Assembly (NCBI GenBank): GCA_963767735.1
Contig: CAVYES010000008.1
Location: 64,001 to 128,000, forward strand
Origin: Candidatus Bathyarchaeota archaeon
GTDB lineage: Archaea; Thermoproteota; Bathyarchaeia; Bathyarchaeales; Bathycorpusculaceae
Direction: 5' to 3'
Length of the DNA: 64,000 nucleotides
Part shown: positions 19,487-29,435 of the stretch, one piece after another
How positions within the stretch are numbered: the stretch's first letter is position 1
Layout of the letters: each line of letters starts with the position of its first letter
The notes under the pieces: generated by a model
What the model saw: the letters and a program-made list of their open reading frames with translations, nothing else
Databases searched by the model: none
What the model was told of the DNA's origin: nothing
Position numbers and translations under genes: made by a program

Positions 19487-21809
19487 GGCTCCAAATTGCC
19501 AAAGTGACACAAGCTACTGCAAATTCGGCTCTGAAACGCTCTTAAGACTTCTTCCAGTTTTTGAAGACCAAATTGAAGGTGTGATGAAAAGCGATGATAT
19601 CGAATACGTTCATAAAATGCGTGTCACCTCCCGCAGACTGAGAGCTGCACTTCCCCTATTCAGATTCTGCTTTCCTGGAAAAGAATTCAAGCAATGGGCA
19701 AGTCAATTGAAGAAAATCACACGTCTACTTGCCAACGCAAGAGACCTCGATGTTCAAATAGCGTTTATAGAGCAGTACACGAAAAAACTAAAGACCGCTG
19801 CGGAAAAAGCGTGTTTAGAAACATTGCTGAAAGATCAAAAAAACTGCAGAGAAAGCATTCAATTATCTGTTGTCAGCGGATTGCAGAAGCTAGAGGCATC
19901 AGGCGTTTTACAGAGGACTCGCGAGTTTTGTGAAGAAATCGTTGCTGAACAATCAAGCGCCCCTTTTGATTCCGATCAGGTGCTGGAAAAAGCTCATTGG
20001 CACATATCCTTTAGACTGGATGATTTCCTGTCGATGGAAAAATACGTTTACTTGGAAAACAAAAAACTAAAGCATCATCAAATGAGGATATACGCTAAGA
20101 AACTTCGCTATACCATGGAAGCGTTCGCGCCGCTATACAAAAACAAACTTGCAAAAGAGATTAAAACAATAACAGCTTTTCAAGATGTACTTGGAGAAAT
20201 GCACGACTGCGATGTCTGGGAAGAGTATATACCTAAATTCATCGACAAAACAAAAACCGAAATAAAATCCAAAGAAAACAAAAAAGAAGCCGCCTCAAAA
20301 TTTGAGAAGACACTTTTCAACCTCTTAGCTTACATAAAAGATCAAAGGAGAGACCATTATAATCAATTCGTTTGTCTTTGGAGTAAAAGTGAAAACGACG
20401 ACTTTTTTGTTAAACTTAGGAAGACAACCGACGGTGGATTAACTGTGACCAAAGCAAAAACAAAACAATCACTTGCAAATCCCGACGTTAAAATTGCTGT
20501 TTTGTCAGATGTTCATGCTAACCTGCATGCTTTGGAAAAAGTATTCGAAGATGCTGAAAGACGAGGTGTAGAAGTTTTTCTTAATGCAGGTGACTCGATA
20601 GGGTTCGGTCCGTACCCAAATGAAGTAATAGAGATGTTATGCGAAAAAAATGTGCTAGGCGTCGTGGGCAACTATGATTTAGAAGTAATTGAGGGCAAAG
20701 CTAAAGCTAAAGGCGAAAAAAAAATTGCCTGGGAATTTGCTAAGAAAGAGCTGGCCAAGTCATGCGAAAGTTATCTCTATTCTTTACCACACGAACTAAG
20801 ATTTGAAGTCGCAGGCAAAAAACTGTTTGTAACACATGGGAGTCCCAAATCAATTGAAGAGCACATTTACCATGACACGCCAGTTGAGCAGTTAACAGCT
20901 CTTGCTGACGCTGCCAAAGCTGATGTAATAATCGTTGGGCATTCACATGATCAATTTTTGAGGCAGGCAGGCAAATTTTGTTTCGTCAACCCTGGAAGTG
21001 TAGGGAGACCCGGAGATGGAAATCCTCAGACAGCTTATGCAATCTTGAGCTTCAACCCCTTCAATGTTAAGTTGATCCGATTAGATTACGAGGTCACGGT
21101 TGCTGCAGACGCCCTTAGAAAAAAGGCGTTGCCTGAAAGTTTCGCTCAAATGCTGCTTCGCGGCGTATCTCTCGAAGCCATAACCGAAGAGGATCACACC
21201 ATAGAAGACGCCATGGTTCAACACTGCAAAGAAACTTCGGAAGCCTCTCAAGAGATTTCGAAAACTTACTGGCAAGATACTGAACATTACATGCAGGTTA
21301 CCCGACTGGCTTTAGAGATCTTTGACGGATTAACCGATGCGCATCATTTGGGCAAGCGGGAACGATGCTGGCTTGAATGCGCCGCAATTTTGCATGACGC
21401 AGGCTTGTCAAAAAATAGAAAAAGTCACCATAAAGAATCAGCCAAGCTCATCCTAAACGATACACGGCTACCATTCACGTCTCAAGAAAGAAGGATAGTG
21501 GCAAGCATAGCCAGGTACCACCGCAAAGGTTTTCCCAAACCAAAACATTACAATCTCGCGACGTTGGACCCCTTAACCGTCAACAAAGTCAAAATTCTTG
21601 CAGGTATTCTCCGGGTGGCAGACGGTTTAGACTATACTCACCAATCAACCGTGAAAAGCTTAAACATCAGGTGGACCACCAAAAGAGTTATTGCTGAATA
21701 CATATCCGACTCGGAGTTGACTCTGGAAGAGCAGGCTTTTAATAAGAAGAAGGATTTGTTTGAAAAGGTCTTCGCTAGAAAAATGGTGTTAATATGGAAG
21801 CAACAGTGA
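19470..21809 (+). CDS. CHAD + YfcE-type metallophosphoesterase + Ppx-type HD fusion protein
   Basis: CHAD: VHKMRVTSRRLRA, HQMRIYAKKLRY, QDVLGEMHDCDV. MPE: SDVHAN, GD, GNYD, THG, GHSH, NPGSVG. HD: AAILHD, ARYHRK, RVADGLD. Confidence 0.88.
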   Translation: MNVPIKAPNCQSDTSYCKFGSETLLRLLPVFEDQIEGVMKSDDIEYVHKMRVTSRRLRAALPLFRFCFPGKEFKQWASQLKKITRLLANARDLDVQIAFIEQYTKKLKTAAEKACLETLLKDQKNCRESIQLSVVSGLQKLEASGVLQRTREFCEEIVAEQSSAPFDSDQVLEKAHWHISFRLDDFLSMEKYVYLENKKLKHHQMRIYAKKLRYTMEAFAPLYKNKLAKEIKTITAFQDVLGEMHDCDVWEEYIPKFIDKTKTEIKSKENKKEAASKFEKTLFNLLAYIKDQRRDHYNQFVCLWSKSENDDFFVKLRKTTDGGLTVTKAKTKQSLANPDVKIAVLSDVHANLHALEKVFEDAERRGVEVFLNAGDSIGFGPYPNEVIEMLCEKNVLGVVGNYDLEVIEGKAKAKGEKKIAWEFAKKELAKSCESYLYSLPHELRFEVAGKKLFVTHGSPKSIEEHIYHDTPVEQLTALADAAKADVIIVGHSHDQFLRQAGKFCFVNPGSVGRPGDGNPQTAYAILSFNPFNVKLIRLDYEVTVAADALRKKALPESFAQMLLRGVSLEAITEEDHTIEDAMVQHCKETSEASQEISKTYWQDTEHYMQVTRLALEIFDGLTDAHHLGKRERCWLECAAILHDAGLSKNRKSHHKESAKLILNDTRLPFTSQERRIVASIARYHRKGFPKPKHYNLATLDPLTVNKVKILAGILRVADGLDYTHQSTVKSLNIRWTTKRVIAEYISDSELTLEEQAFNKKKDLFEKVFARKMVLIWKQQ

Positions 21810-23377
21810 AAACCGTTGGACACGTAGTTGGATTTGTGGACATCGGGACGAATGCTGTGCGTCTTTTAGTGGTGAGGATAAACCCCAATTTCTCCTACAC
21901 CATAGTCAGCCAAGAAAAAGAAGTTATCAGACTTGGCGAAGAAGAATTCAAAGACAGCATATTAAGGCCAGAAGCCATGGAACGCGCCATTTTTGTCTGC
22001 GGAAAATTCGCTGATCTCGCCAAAACTTACGGTGCCAATGAAATAATAGCTGTTGGAACCTCTGCTATTCGGGAAGCGCTAAACCAATCCGAGTTCCTTC
22101 ATAAACTTTTCAAAGAAACAGGACTCAAGGTACAGGTGATTTCGGGGCAAGACGAAGCCCGCTTGATTTGGCTGGGCGTTTCAAGCGGCATAGATATTGG
22201 CGAAGAAAAGGCTATTTTCCTAGATTTAGGCGGCGGCAGCACCGAAATTGCCATCGGAAACCAGCACGAATGCTTTTACGTGAACAGTCTTAAGTTAGGC
22301 GCGATTAGGCTAACAACTCAATTCGTCGGGGAAGGCTGGACTGGACCCATAACAAGCAATGACTATAGAGAGATGAAAAATTATGCTTCTAGCAAGGTTC
22401 ACGCCACTAAAACCAGAGTCCTCGAGTACGGAGTCAGACGGGCATGGGGTTCATCAGGCACAATCATAAACTTGGCTGAAATCGCGAACAAACTTTTCAA
22501 GAAAAACGGCAATGGAGGTGTTCTTACCATATCACGGAAGAACCTCAAAAAACTAGCACCAATTCTTTGCTCTCTCTCCCTCGAAGAAAGAAAAAAATTG
22601 CCCGCCATTAACCCCGACCGAGCCGATATCATAATTGCGGGAGCAGCAATAATTGAGGCAATCATGGAAGAGTTCGGTTTAGAAGAAATCTGTATCAGCC
22701 ATAGAGAACTGCGGGACGGCTTGCTAGTCGAATACTTGTCGAATTTTGAAGGCTTTCGAGAACTACAAAAGGAACCGATGAGAAACAGGAGCGTTTTGCA
22801 TTTAGGCAGGTCTTGCAACTTCGATGAGATACATTCGGAAACTGTAGCATCTTTAGCGTTGCAGCTGTTTGACAGCGCAAAACAAATTGGGCTGCACAAT
22901 TTGGGTATGACCGAGAGAGAACTCTTGAAACATGCTGCAACGCTACATGATGTCGGAGATTTTCTTTCGTTTAATAACCATCAACTTCATTCCCACTATA
23001 TTATTAGCAATGCTGAGCTTCTTGGTTTTGACCCGGCAGAAACGCAGATAATGGCTAACATTGCGCGTTTCCACAGGAAAAAGTTACCTTCCAAAAAAGC
23101 ATTGAAAATCACGGGATTAGACGAAAAAACCAATGACGCTATCGCTATTCTTTCAACGTTTCTTCGATTTGCAGAAAAGCTTGACCGCAGCCACTGTGGA
23201 CTTGTAAAGAAAGCAGAATTTGTCAAAGGCAATAAAGACCAAGTTCTGCTCTCGTTTTATTCAGACTCAGACTGCAGTCTTGAAGAATGGAGCATTATCC
23301 AAAATCGGCAAGCGTTCTATGAAGCCTTCGAAAAAGAGCTCGACGCTAAATGCACGATTACACAAGCTACGCAATAG
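21794..23377 (+). CDS. ppx: Exopolyphosphatase Ppx/GppA with HD domain
   Basis: DIGTNAVRL, TSAIREA, EARL, DLGGGSTE, RADII, LRDG, LHDVG. Confidence 0.92.
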   Translation: MEATVKTVGHVVGFVDIGTNAVRLLVVRINPNFSYTIVSQEKEVIRLGEEEFKDSILRPEAMERAIFVCGKFADLAKTYGANEIIAVGTSAIREALNQSEFLHKLFKETGLKVQVISGQDEARLIWLGVSSGIDIGEEKAIFLDLGGGSTEIAIGNQHECFYVNSLKLGAIRLTTQFVGEGWTGPITSNDYREMKNYASSKVHATKTRVLEYGVRRAWGSSGTIINLAEIANKLFKKNGNGGVLTISRKNLKKLAPILCSLSLEERKKLPAINPDRADIIIAGAAIIEAIMEEFGLEEICISHRELRDGLLVEYLSNFEGFRELQKEPMRNRSVLHLGRSCNFDEIHSETVASLALQLFDSAKQIGLHNLGMTERELLKHAATLHDVGDFLSFNNHQLHSHYIISNAELLGFDPAETQIMANIARFHRKKLPSKKALKITGLDEKTNDAIAILSTFLRFAEKLDRSHCGLVKKAEFVKGNKDQVLLSFYSDSDCSLEEWSIIQNRQAFYEAFEKELDAKCTITQATQ

Positions 23378-23407
23378 GCGCAGGCTCAAAACTTTCGGTT
23401 TTATAGT

Positions 23408-24310
23408 TTATTCTTTTTCAAGCTCAGCTTTTGCCTTTTCCAAAGCGTCCTTTTGCTCTTTGCTTAAGGCGGGATATTTTAAATTCAGTTTTTTGATTTC
23501 TGACACTATAATCTCAGATATTGATGCATGGGTAACCCATTTTTTATTTGCAGGGATAATATACCATGGTGCCCACTTAGTGCTTGTTTCATTAACCATA
23601 TCTTCATATGCATCCATGTAATCAGCCCATTTTGAACGTTCTGAGAGGTCGGTAGCTGAAAATTTCCAATTTTTTTTAGGATCTTCTAGCCGTTTGAGGA
23701 AACGCTGTTTTTGTTCCTCCTTCGAAACGTGGAGGAAGAATTTCAGCACCACCGTTCCGCTACGAACCAAGTGCTGCTCAAACATGTTTATGTCTTCATA
23801 CCGTTGATCCCAGAATAGTTTTCCTTCCGCGTCAGAAGGTAACCGTTCTTTTTCCAAATCCTCGGGGCGCACCTTAACAATCAGCACATCTTCGTAATAT
23901 GAACGGTTGAAAATTCCAATGCTTCCCTTTTCCGGAAGAGCTTTAACGTTGCGCCATAAGAAATCATGGTTCAGTTCCTCTTCAGAAGGCGTTTTGAAAG
24001 CAGTAACTTGGCAACCTTGAGGATTCACCCCAGACAGCACATGTTTGATAGCGCTGTCTTTTCCAGCTGCATCCATCCCTTGGAGAATAATCAGTATAGA
24101 ATAAGTGTGGCTTGCCCAAAATAACTCCTGCATCTCAACCAGTTTCAGCGTGTTCGCCTCAAGAATAGCTAAGGTCTGCTCTTTTCCCTCTTTTTTCCCT
24201 TCTTCATCGTCCTTTTTCTTGGCCCATTTTGGAACCCAACCTGGATCAAAATCCTTCAAACTAGTCTTTTTACCAGGCGGCACCTTGAAATCTTCTGAGT
24301 TCACCGACAC
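23408..24310 (-). CDS. ppk2: Polyphosphate kinase 2 (class III-like)
   Basis: QGMDAAGKDS Walker A, FNRSYYEDVL, KFFLHVSKEEQKQRF, WKFS, APWYIIPA. Confidence 0.92.
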   Translation of the reverse strand: MSVNSEDFKVPPGKKTSLKDFDPGWVPKWAKKKDDEEGKKEGKEQTLAILEANTLKLVEMQELFWASHTYSILIILQGMDAAGKDSAIKHVLSGVNPQGCQVTAFKTPSEEELNHDFLWRNVKALPEKGSIGIFNRSYYEDVLIVKVRPEDLEKERLPSDAEGKLFWDQRYEDINMFEQHLVRSGTVVLKFFLHVSKEEQKQRFLKRLEDPKKNWKFSATDLSERSKWADYMDAYEDMVNETSTKWAPWYIIPANKKWVTHASISEIIVSEIKKLNLKYPALSKEQKDALEKAKAELEKE

Positions 24311-24522
24311 CTAAAACAGCCTCATTAAGAATAAAGATTAAGCCACTTAATAATAGCTACCCATTCAACGAAGAGCACGCAATGAGATAACTGATCAAAA
24401 AAATTGCCAAGAGTGCTATGTGATTGCAAACATCAAAATAAGGAGATATTAAAAAACTCTTTTTGAACGATAGGTTCAGTAATAAAAGAAAAAAGGAGAA
24501 AAGAAGATATCTGTGTTCTTTT

Positions 24523-25149
24523 CTAAGTTTTCATTTCGGTATCTGGAGTCTTGGCCATTCCAGACGCTTCTGCCGCATGTTCCTCTTTGCTCGGCATCTC
24601 CGTTTTTGCTGATGCTTCCGCCTTTGCGGGTTTCTTTGTGGAAGCGGTTTTTGGCTTTGGACCGGGCTTTGTTACTTGACTGAGCATAGCTTTTGTAGGA
24701 GCGACCTTGGTCTTTAGAGCTGGAGCTTTCTTGGTTTTAAAAGCGGGAGCTTCTTTTGGTTTAATGTTAATTTTCTTTTTGGCGTTCCAGGCTGGGAACT
24801 CACCGTGTTCTTCTTTGAATTTGGCGAGCAATTCTTCCTGCATAATTCTTGGTTTGTCTGTTAAAATCCAGCTTATAGCAGCCTTTTCTATGTAGCCTTC
24901 GTCGAAAAGCATCTGGTTGATCTTCCTAACGCTTTTTCCTCCATATCCTGCTAAATATCCACCCAAGATCCTCTTGACGGGTTTTTTTGTTCGCCCAATG
25001 TATAAAATGTCAGATTCTGGTTTTCCTGAGAGTTCCTTATCCACTATTATGATGACGCTGCCCTTGTCTCCAGGCAAAATTGAGTGCGTTAGCGTTTTCA
25101 ATGGAAACCATTCGGCGAATCCTGTTTCGATTAAAGTTTTAGAATTCAT
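24523..25149 (-). CDS. GIY-YIG-like domain with Lys/Ala/Pro-rich C-terminal tail
   Basis: ILYIGRT..PVKRI, 'EELLAKFKEEHGEFPAWN'; low-complexity basic tail. Confidence 0.65.
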   Translation of the reverse strand: MNSKTLIETGFAEWFPLKTLTHSILPGDKGSVIIIVDKELSGKPESDILYIGRTKKPVKRILGGYLAGYGGKSVRKINQMLFDEGYIEKAAISWILTDKPRIMQEELLAKFKEEHGEFPAWNAKKKINIKPKEAPAFKTKKAPALKTKVAPTKAMLSQVTKPGPKPKTASTKKPAKAEASAKTEMPSKEEHAAEASGMAKTPDTEMKT

Positions 25150-25340
25150 AATTCACTAAGAACTATTGAAGGATTTAACTATTTCTATCTCTTGAAATGA
25201 GCCAACTGTATAGGCACGGCGCCTTGACTTTACATTGTGATTTTTCAGCATGGTGGCAGCATTTTACCAAAGATTTAAGGGGACAAAAGAGAAAAAGAAT
25301 AAACTCGGAAACGTTGTTTATTCCATTCGAGGTCTATATT

Positions 25341-27755
25341 ATGAGCACCCGGTTTGACCCTAACAGCTCCACGACGAATTCTAGCTACTGCCGTTTTGGA
25401 GCCGAAGCTCTGCTGAAACTTCTTCAAACAATTGAAGCACAAATAGGTGGAGTTGAAAAAAGCGAAGACATAGAATATGTCCATAAAATGCGAGTCACCT
25501 CCCGTAGAATAAGAGCCACCGTACCACTTTTCCAGGATTGTTTTCCAAACAAACGCTACAAAAAATGGTTAAACGAAATCAAGAAGGTAACTCAATTCCT
25601 CGGCGCTGCCAGAGATCTGGACGTCCAGATTTCAGTTATAAAAGACTACATTAATCAGCTTCAACATTCCGAGCCCAAAACGGGAATAGAAGCTCTGCTT
25701 GAGCGGCATATTGAGCAAAGAACACAGCTTCAATCGAATGTAATCAATGGACTTCAGGAGCTTGAAGAGTCAAGAGTTTTGCAGCAAACAGCCTGTTACT
25801 GCGAACAAATCATCAAGGAAACAGCGGGCGCCTCCTTCGATTTGCTGGCTGTTCGCGAAAAAGCTTTCTGGCAAATATCCCCCAAACTGGACGAGTTTCT
25901 ATCCATGGAGGACTACGTCCATAAAGAAAACGAAATCCTCAAACACCATCAAATGCGGATTCGAGCCAAATGGCTCCGGTATACTATGGAGGCGTTTGCT
26001 CCGCTCTATCCAGATGAACTTTCGGAAGAAATAGAAATGATGAAGGATTTTCAGGATACGCTTGGCGAAATGCACGACTGCGATGTATGGATCGAGCGTA
26101 TCCCAAAATTCATTACGGAAATCGAAAACGAAAATGCAATGTTCCCAGAAAACGAAAAAGCGAGTACTGAGAGCCACCAAGATCTCCTCATCTTTCTAGA
26201 TCACATTAAAGAAAAAAGGAAAAACCACTATGAAAATTTCGTGAAGTTTTGGGATGAAAAGAAAGGCAAAAACGCTTTTGAGGAATTAAGGAAAAAGGCA
26301 AGTGCAGGATTCGTATCTGCAGCATATAGAGCAAAGGCAGAATTGGCAAATCCTTACGTGAAAATTGCGGTAATGGCAGATATTCACGGCAACCTGAATG
26401 CTCTTGAAGCAGTAATTCATGACGCGGAACGCCGAGGAATAACTGTTTTTCTAAACGCGGGTGACATAATAGGGTTCGGAGCTTTCCCCATCGAAGTTAT
26501 CCAAACGCTATACATGAAAAATACTCTGAGCATAATAGGAAACTTCGATCTTGAAGTCTTGAACACAGACAGCAAAGTGAAAGGTCCTAAAAAATTCGCG
26601 GTTGAGTACGCAAGAAAAACACTGACAAAGTCTTACGAAACCTATCTTCGCTTCTTGCCTGCCAAACTCGAACTTGAAATCGCTCACAAAAAACTGCTCA
26701 TGACTCACGGAACCCCCAACTCAGTCAACGAACACCTTTATCATGATACTCCAGAGGAGAAATTTCAAGAATTGGCCAAAAACGCTGCTGCAGACATAAT
26801 TGTTTTTGGTCATTCGCATGAACCATTCACAAAAAAAGCTGGCGGAGCCTTATTCATTAATCCGGGTAGCGTGGGGAGACCTGGAGACGGAAACTCTCAA
26901 GCCGCCTACGCAGTTATCTCGGCTAGCCCCTTTTCTGTTGAGTTGGTTAGGGTTAGTTATGACGTGGAGGCAGCGGCTGATGCTCTGAGAAGGGCGGGGG
27001 CTCCTGAAAGTTACTCTCAGATGCTACTTCGCGGGCTACCCCTTGAGGACTTAATCGCGGAAGATAAGGCTCGAGAGAACGATATGGAAAGAAAATGCGC
27101 TTTGGTGGCGAGAAGCACCCGAAGAGTCGCAAGAAAATATTGGCCAGACATGAAACATTCCGAGCAGGTTAGAAAACTGTCTCTGGAACTCTTTGACGCC
27201 TTGCAAGACCTGCATAAGCTCGGCAAGAGGGAACGCTGCTGGCTCGAATGCGCGGCGATTCTTCACGACATAGGCTTATCGCGAGGAACGAAAGCGCACC
27301 ATAAGGAAACGCTGAACCTGATCCTAAACGAGACGCAACTACCTTTCACTTCAGTTGAGCGGCGGGTCGTAGGGAACATAGCTCGGTATCACCGCAGAGG
27401 TTGCCCACAATATAAGCACTATAACTTCAAGTCATTGAACCCTGAATTAAGACGGAAAGTTACGATTTTAGTCGGCATTTTACGCTTAGCAGACGGTTTG
27501 GACTTCTCTCATCAATCTATAGTTCAAAGTGTGGAAGCCCACGTGGATCGCGAGAACGTGACCGTTCAAGGGTCGGTTCTTCTAAACCCAATCCTAGAAG
27601 AGTACGCGGTAAACAAGAAAAAAGATGTGTTCGAAAAATCTTTCAAAAAGAAAGTAGTGGTGACATGGAAACAGATCCAACCCATCCAGCAACAACCAAG
27701 TCAGCAACCACGTAACGGGACTCAACAGCCGACTGCACAGTCAACAGAAACGTAA
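25341..27755 (+). CDS. Second CHAD + metallophosphoesterase + HD fusion (likely start ATG 25341)
   Basis: Colinear paralog of 19470..21809 with the same motifs (GNFD in place of GNYD); Q-rich tail. Confidence 0.88.
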   Translation: MSTRFDPNSSTTNSSYCRFGAEALLKLLQTIEAQIGGVEKSEDIEYVHKMRVTSRRIRATVPLFQDCFPNKRYKKWLNEIKKVTQFLGAARDLDVQISVIKDYINQLQHSEPKTGIEALLERHIEQRTQLQSNVINGLQELEESRVLQQTACYCEQIIKETAGASFDLLAVREKAFWQISPKLDEFLSMEDYVHKENEILKHHQMRIRAKWLRYTMEAFAPLYPDELSEEIEMMKDFQDTLGEMHDCDVWIERIPKFITEIENENAMFPENEKASTESHQDLLIFLDHIKEKRKNHYENFVKFWDEKKGKNAFEELRKKASAGFVSAAYRAKAELANPYVKIAVMADIHGNLNALEAVIHDAERRGITVFLNAGDIIGFGAFPIEVIQTLYMKNTLSIIGNFDLEVLNTDSKVKGPKKFAVEYARKTLTKSYETYLRFLPAKLELEIAHKKLLMTHGTPNSVNEHLYHDTPEEKFQELAKNAAADIIVFGHSHEPFTKKAGGALFINPGSVGRPGDGNSQAAYAVISASPFSVELVRVSYDVEAAADALRRAGAPESYSQMLLRGLPLEDLIAEDKARENDMERKCALVARSTRRVARKYWPDMKHSEQVRKLSLELFDALQDLHKLGKRERCWLECAAILHDIGLSRGTKAHHKETLNLILNETQLPFTSVERRVVGNIARYHRRGCPQYKHYNFKSLNPELRRKVTILVGILRLADGLDFSHQSIVQSVEAHVDRENVTVQGSVLLNPILEEYAVNKKKDVFEKSFKKKVVVTWKQIQPIQQQPSQQPRNGTQQPTAQSTET

Positions 27756-27921
27756 CCATAAAACCAAACCCCAAACAAGACACTGAAAAACAATACGCAA
27801 GGTATGCAACCTATCTCGAGCACAAAGTGTACGTTAAGTCTGCAATGAGTCAAGGAATCAGTGCCTTACAAACAAGTTTTTAGCTAAGAAAACAATTCTT
27901 ACTTATGAGGTTTTTTAAATT

Positions 27922-28416
27922 ATGACTAATGCAAACCAAATTGTTTGGCCCAGTCAATATGAACCTGCGAATTGTCCAGTTCATGCCCGAAATGAGCTTG
28001 CAATGGCTTCAGCCCCAGAAACGGTGTGGGCTTGGCTTATACGCGCGCAACTTTGGCCAACATGGTATTCTAACTCGGCAAACATTGTATTTTTGAGTGG
28101 TCAACCTCCAGAGCTCGCTTTTGGCACAAAGTTTCGCTGGAAAACCTTCGGCGTCACCATCGAATCAACAGTTCTTGAGTTTGTACCCCACGAAAGACTA
28201 GCTTGGGATGCGCACGGCACTGGTCTTAACGCTTACCACGCATGGCTCATCCAAAAAACAGACCAAGGTTGCAACGTCGTCACGGAGGAAACGGAAGGAG
28301 GCGGAATTGCAAGGCTGGGAAAAGCCCTCAGACCAAACCATATGGAGCAGCAACATCAAATCTGGCTTGAAGGGCTACGAGAAAAAGCTAGCCACGGTTT
28401 GCCACCTTCTCCATAG
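27922..28416 (+). CDS. SRPBCC / polyketide cyclase-dehydrase family protein
   Basis: APETVW..L, WPTW, GTKFRW, ERLAW, C-terminal helix WLEGL. Confidence 0.8.
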   Translation: MTNANQIVWPSQYEPANCPVHARNELAMASAPETVWAWLIRAQLWPTWYSNSANIVFLSGQPPELAFGTKFRWKTFGVTIESTVLEFVPHERLAWDAHGTGLNAYHAWLIQKTDQGCNVVTEETEGGGIARLGKALRPNHMEQQHQIWLEGLREKASHGLPPSP

Positions 28417-28666
28417 GTGCAGCATTTTGTGATTGGATTTTGACTTCTTGTTTTTTTCCGCATTCAGGGCAAAATTTTGCCGTTACTGGAATTCTGGTGT
28501 TGCATCTGGGGCAGATTTTTAGCAAAATTGGTTGACGCAGATGGTAACCGCAGAAGTTGCAGTAGTTAGAGAAAGATGCAACTTGTGATCTGCAATTTGG
28601 GCAAATTATGTACTGGGAATAAGATGGAACAGGAACCATAATAAAAGCTGAAAGCATGCTTGACAC
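28388..28666 (-). CDS. Double zinc-ribbon protein (likely start ATG 28639)
   Basis: CPNC..YCNFCG..CPRC..FCPECG. Confidence 0.75.
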   Translation of the reverse strand: MSSMLSAFIMVPVPSYSQYIICPNCRSQVASFSNYCNFCGYHLRQPILLKICPRCNTRIPVTAKFCPECGKKQEVKIQSQNAAPMEKVANRG

Positions 28667-28812
28667 TAAAATTAATATGAAAGAACTTGCTCTTTTCTCT
28701 TTTGTGCCGAACCATTAGCTGTTTTTTAGCTCGCTTAAAACGAGGTTAAAACAAAACCCTTATGCGTTTGAACACAGTAATGAATATTAAATTAATTGTG
28801 AAAGCGAGGAAG

Positions 28813-29065
28813 ATGAACTTTTAGCCCCAAAAAAAGAGCTCCGAGAAATGCAAAAAACAAGCGCGGTAGAGGCATTGATTACCCATTTGAAATTGGAGAC
28901 GAATACGAAGTAGAAGTTGAAGATATGACTCCAAGAGGGGATGGAATCGCCAAAATCAAAGGATTCCCAGTTTTCATCTGCAACGCAAAACCTAAAGAAC
29001 ACTTAAAAATTAAAATAACAGAAATTGGCAGCGGCTGCGCAGACGCCGAAATAGTGCCATCCTAA
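28813..29065 (+). pseudogene. Single TRAM-domain RNA-binding protein with an apparent frameshift near its start
   Basis: The frame ending at TAA 29065 reads ..PKKRAPRNAKNKRGRG..FEIGDEYEVEVEDMTPRGDGIAKIKGFPVFI..LKIKITEIG..ADAEIV. It has no in-frame start upstream of the domain; ATG 28813 reads ATG AAC TTT TAG, one base out of frame. Confidence 0.7.
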
Positions 29066-29126
29066 AACAATGACGACGGTTGGCAAACTTTACTTTTTTG
29101 AAGCCCAAAATGATTTTTGATTAAAA

Positions 29127-29169
29127 TGGTGCGGTCACCAGGTTGTAGACCTGAAAAGGGTTCAAATCC
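29127..29169. repeat. Degenerate copy of the tRNA-Gly 3' end (att-like), partly inverted
   Basis: ggtgcggtcacc (29128-29139) equals 30782-30793; gggttcaaatcc (29158-29169) is the reverse complement of 30795-30806. Confidence 0.7.
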
Positions 29170-29435
29170 AAATCAATTGACACGCTATTTCAGAAAAAAG
29201 TCGACCGTTTTTTGCAATGGCTGGCCTGCTTGGATGCGATTAAAAGTTTAAGCGAATCCTTATTAATTCTGGCGCGCTGGCTTGTCCCTAATTTACGTGT
29301 TTACGTAGGTTGGTGATTACGCACACGCTGAGAAATGACATCTGCTTTCGATGTTGCTGACAAATCACAATCACATTTGATTATAAGCTTGACTTGATTG
29401 AAAAATAAATAATAATCAAAAAAAAGCGCGCGTAA

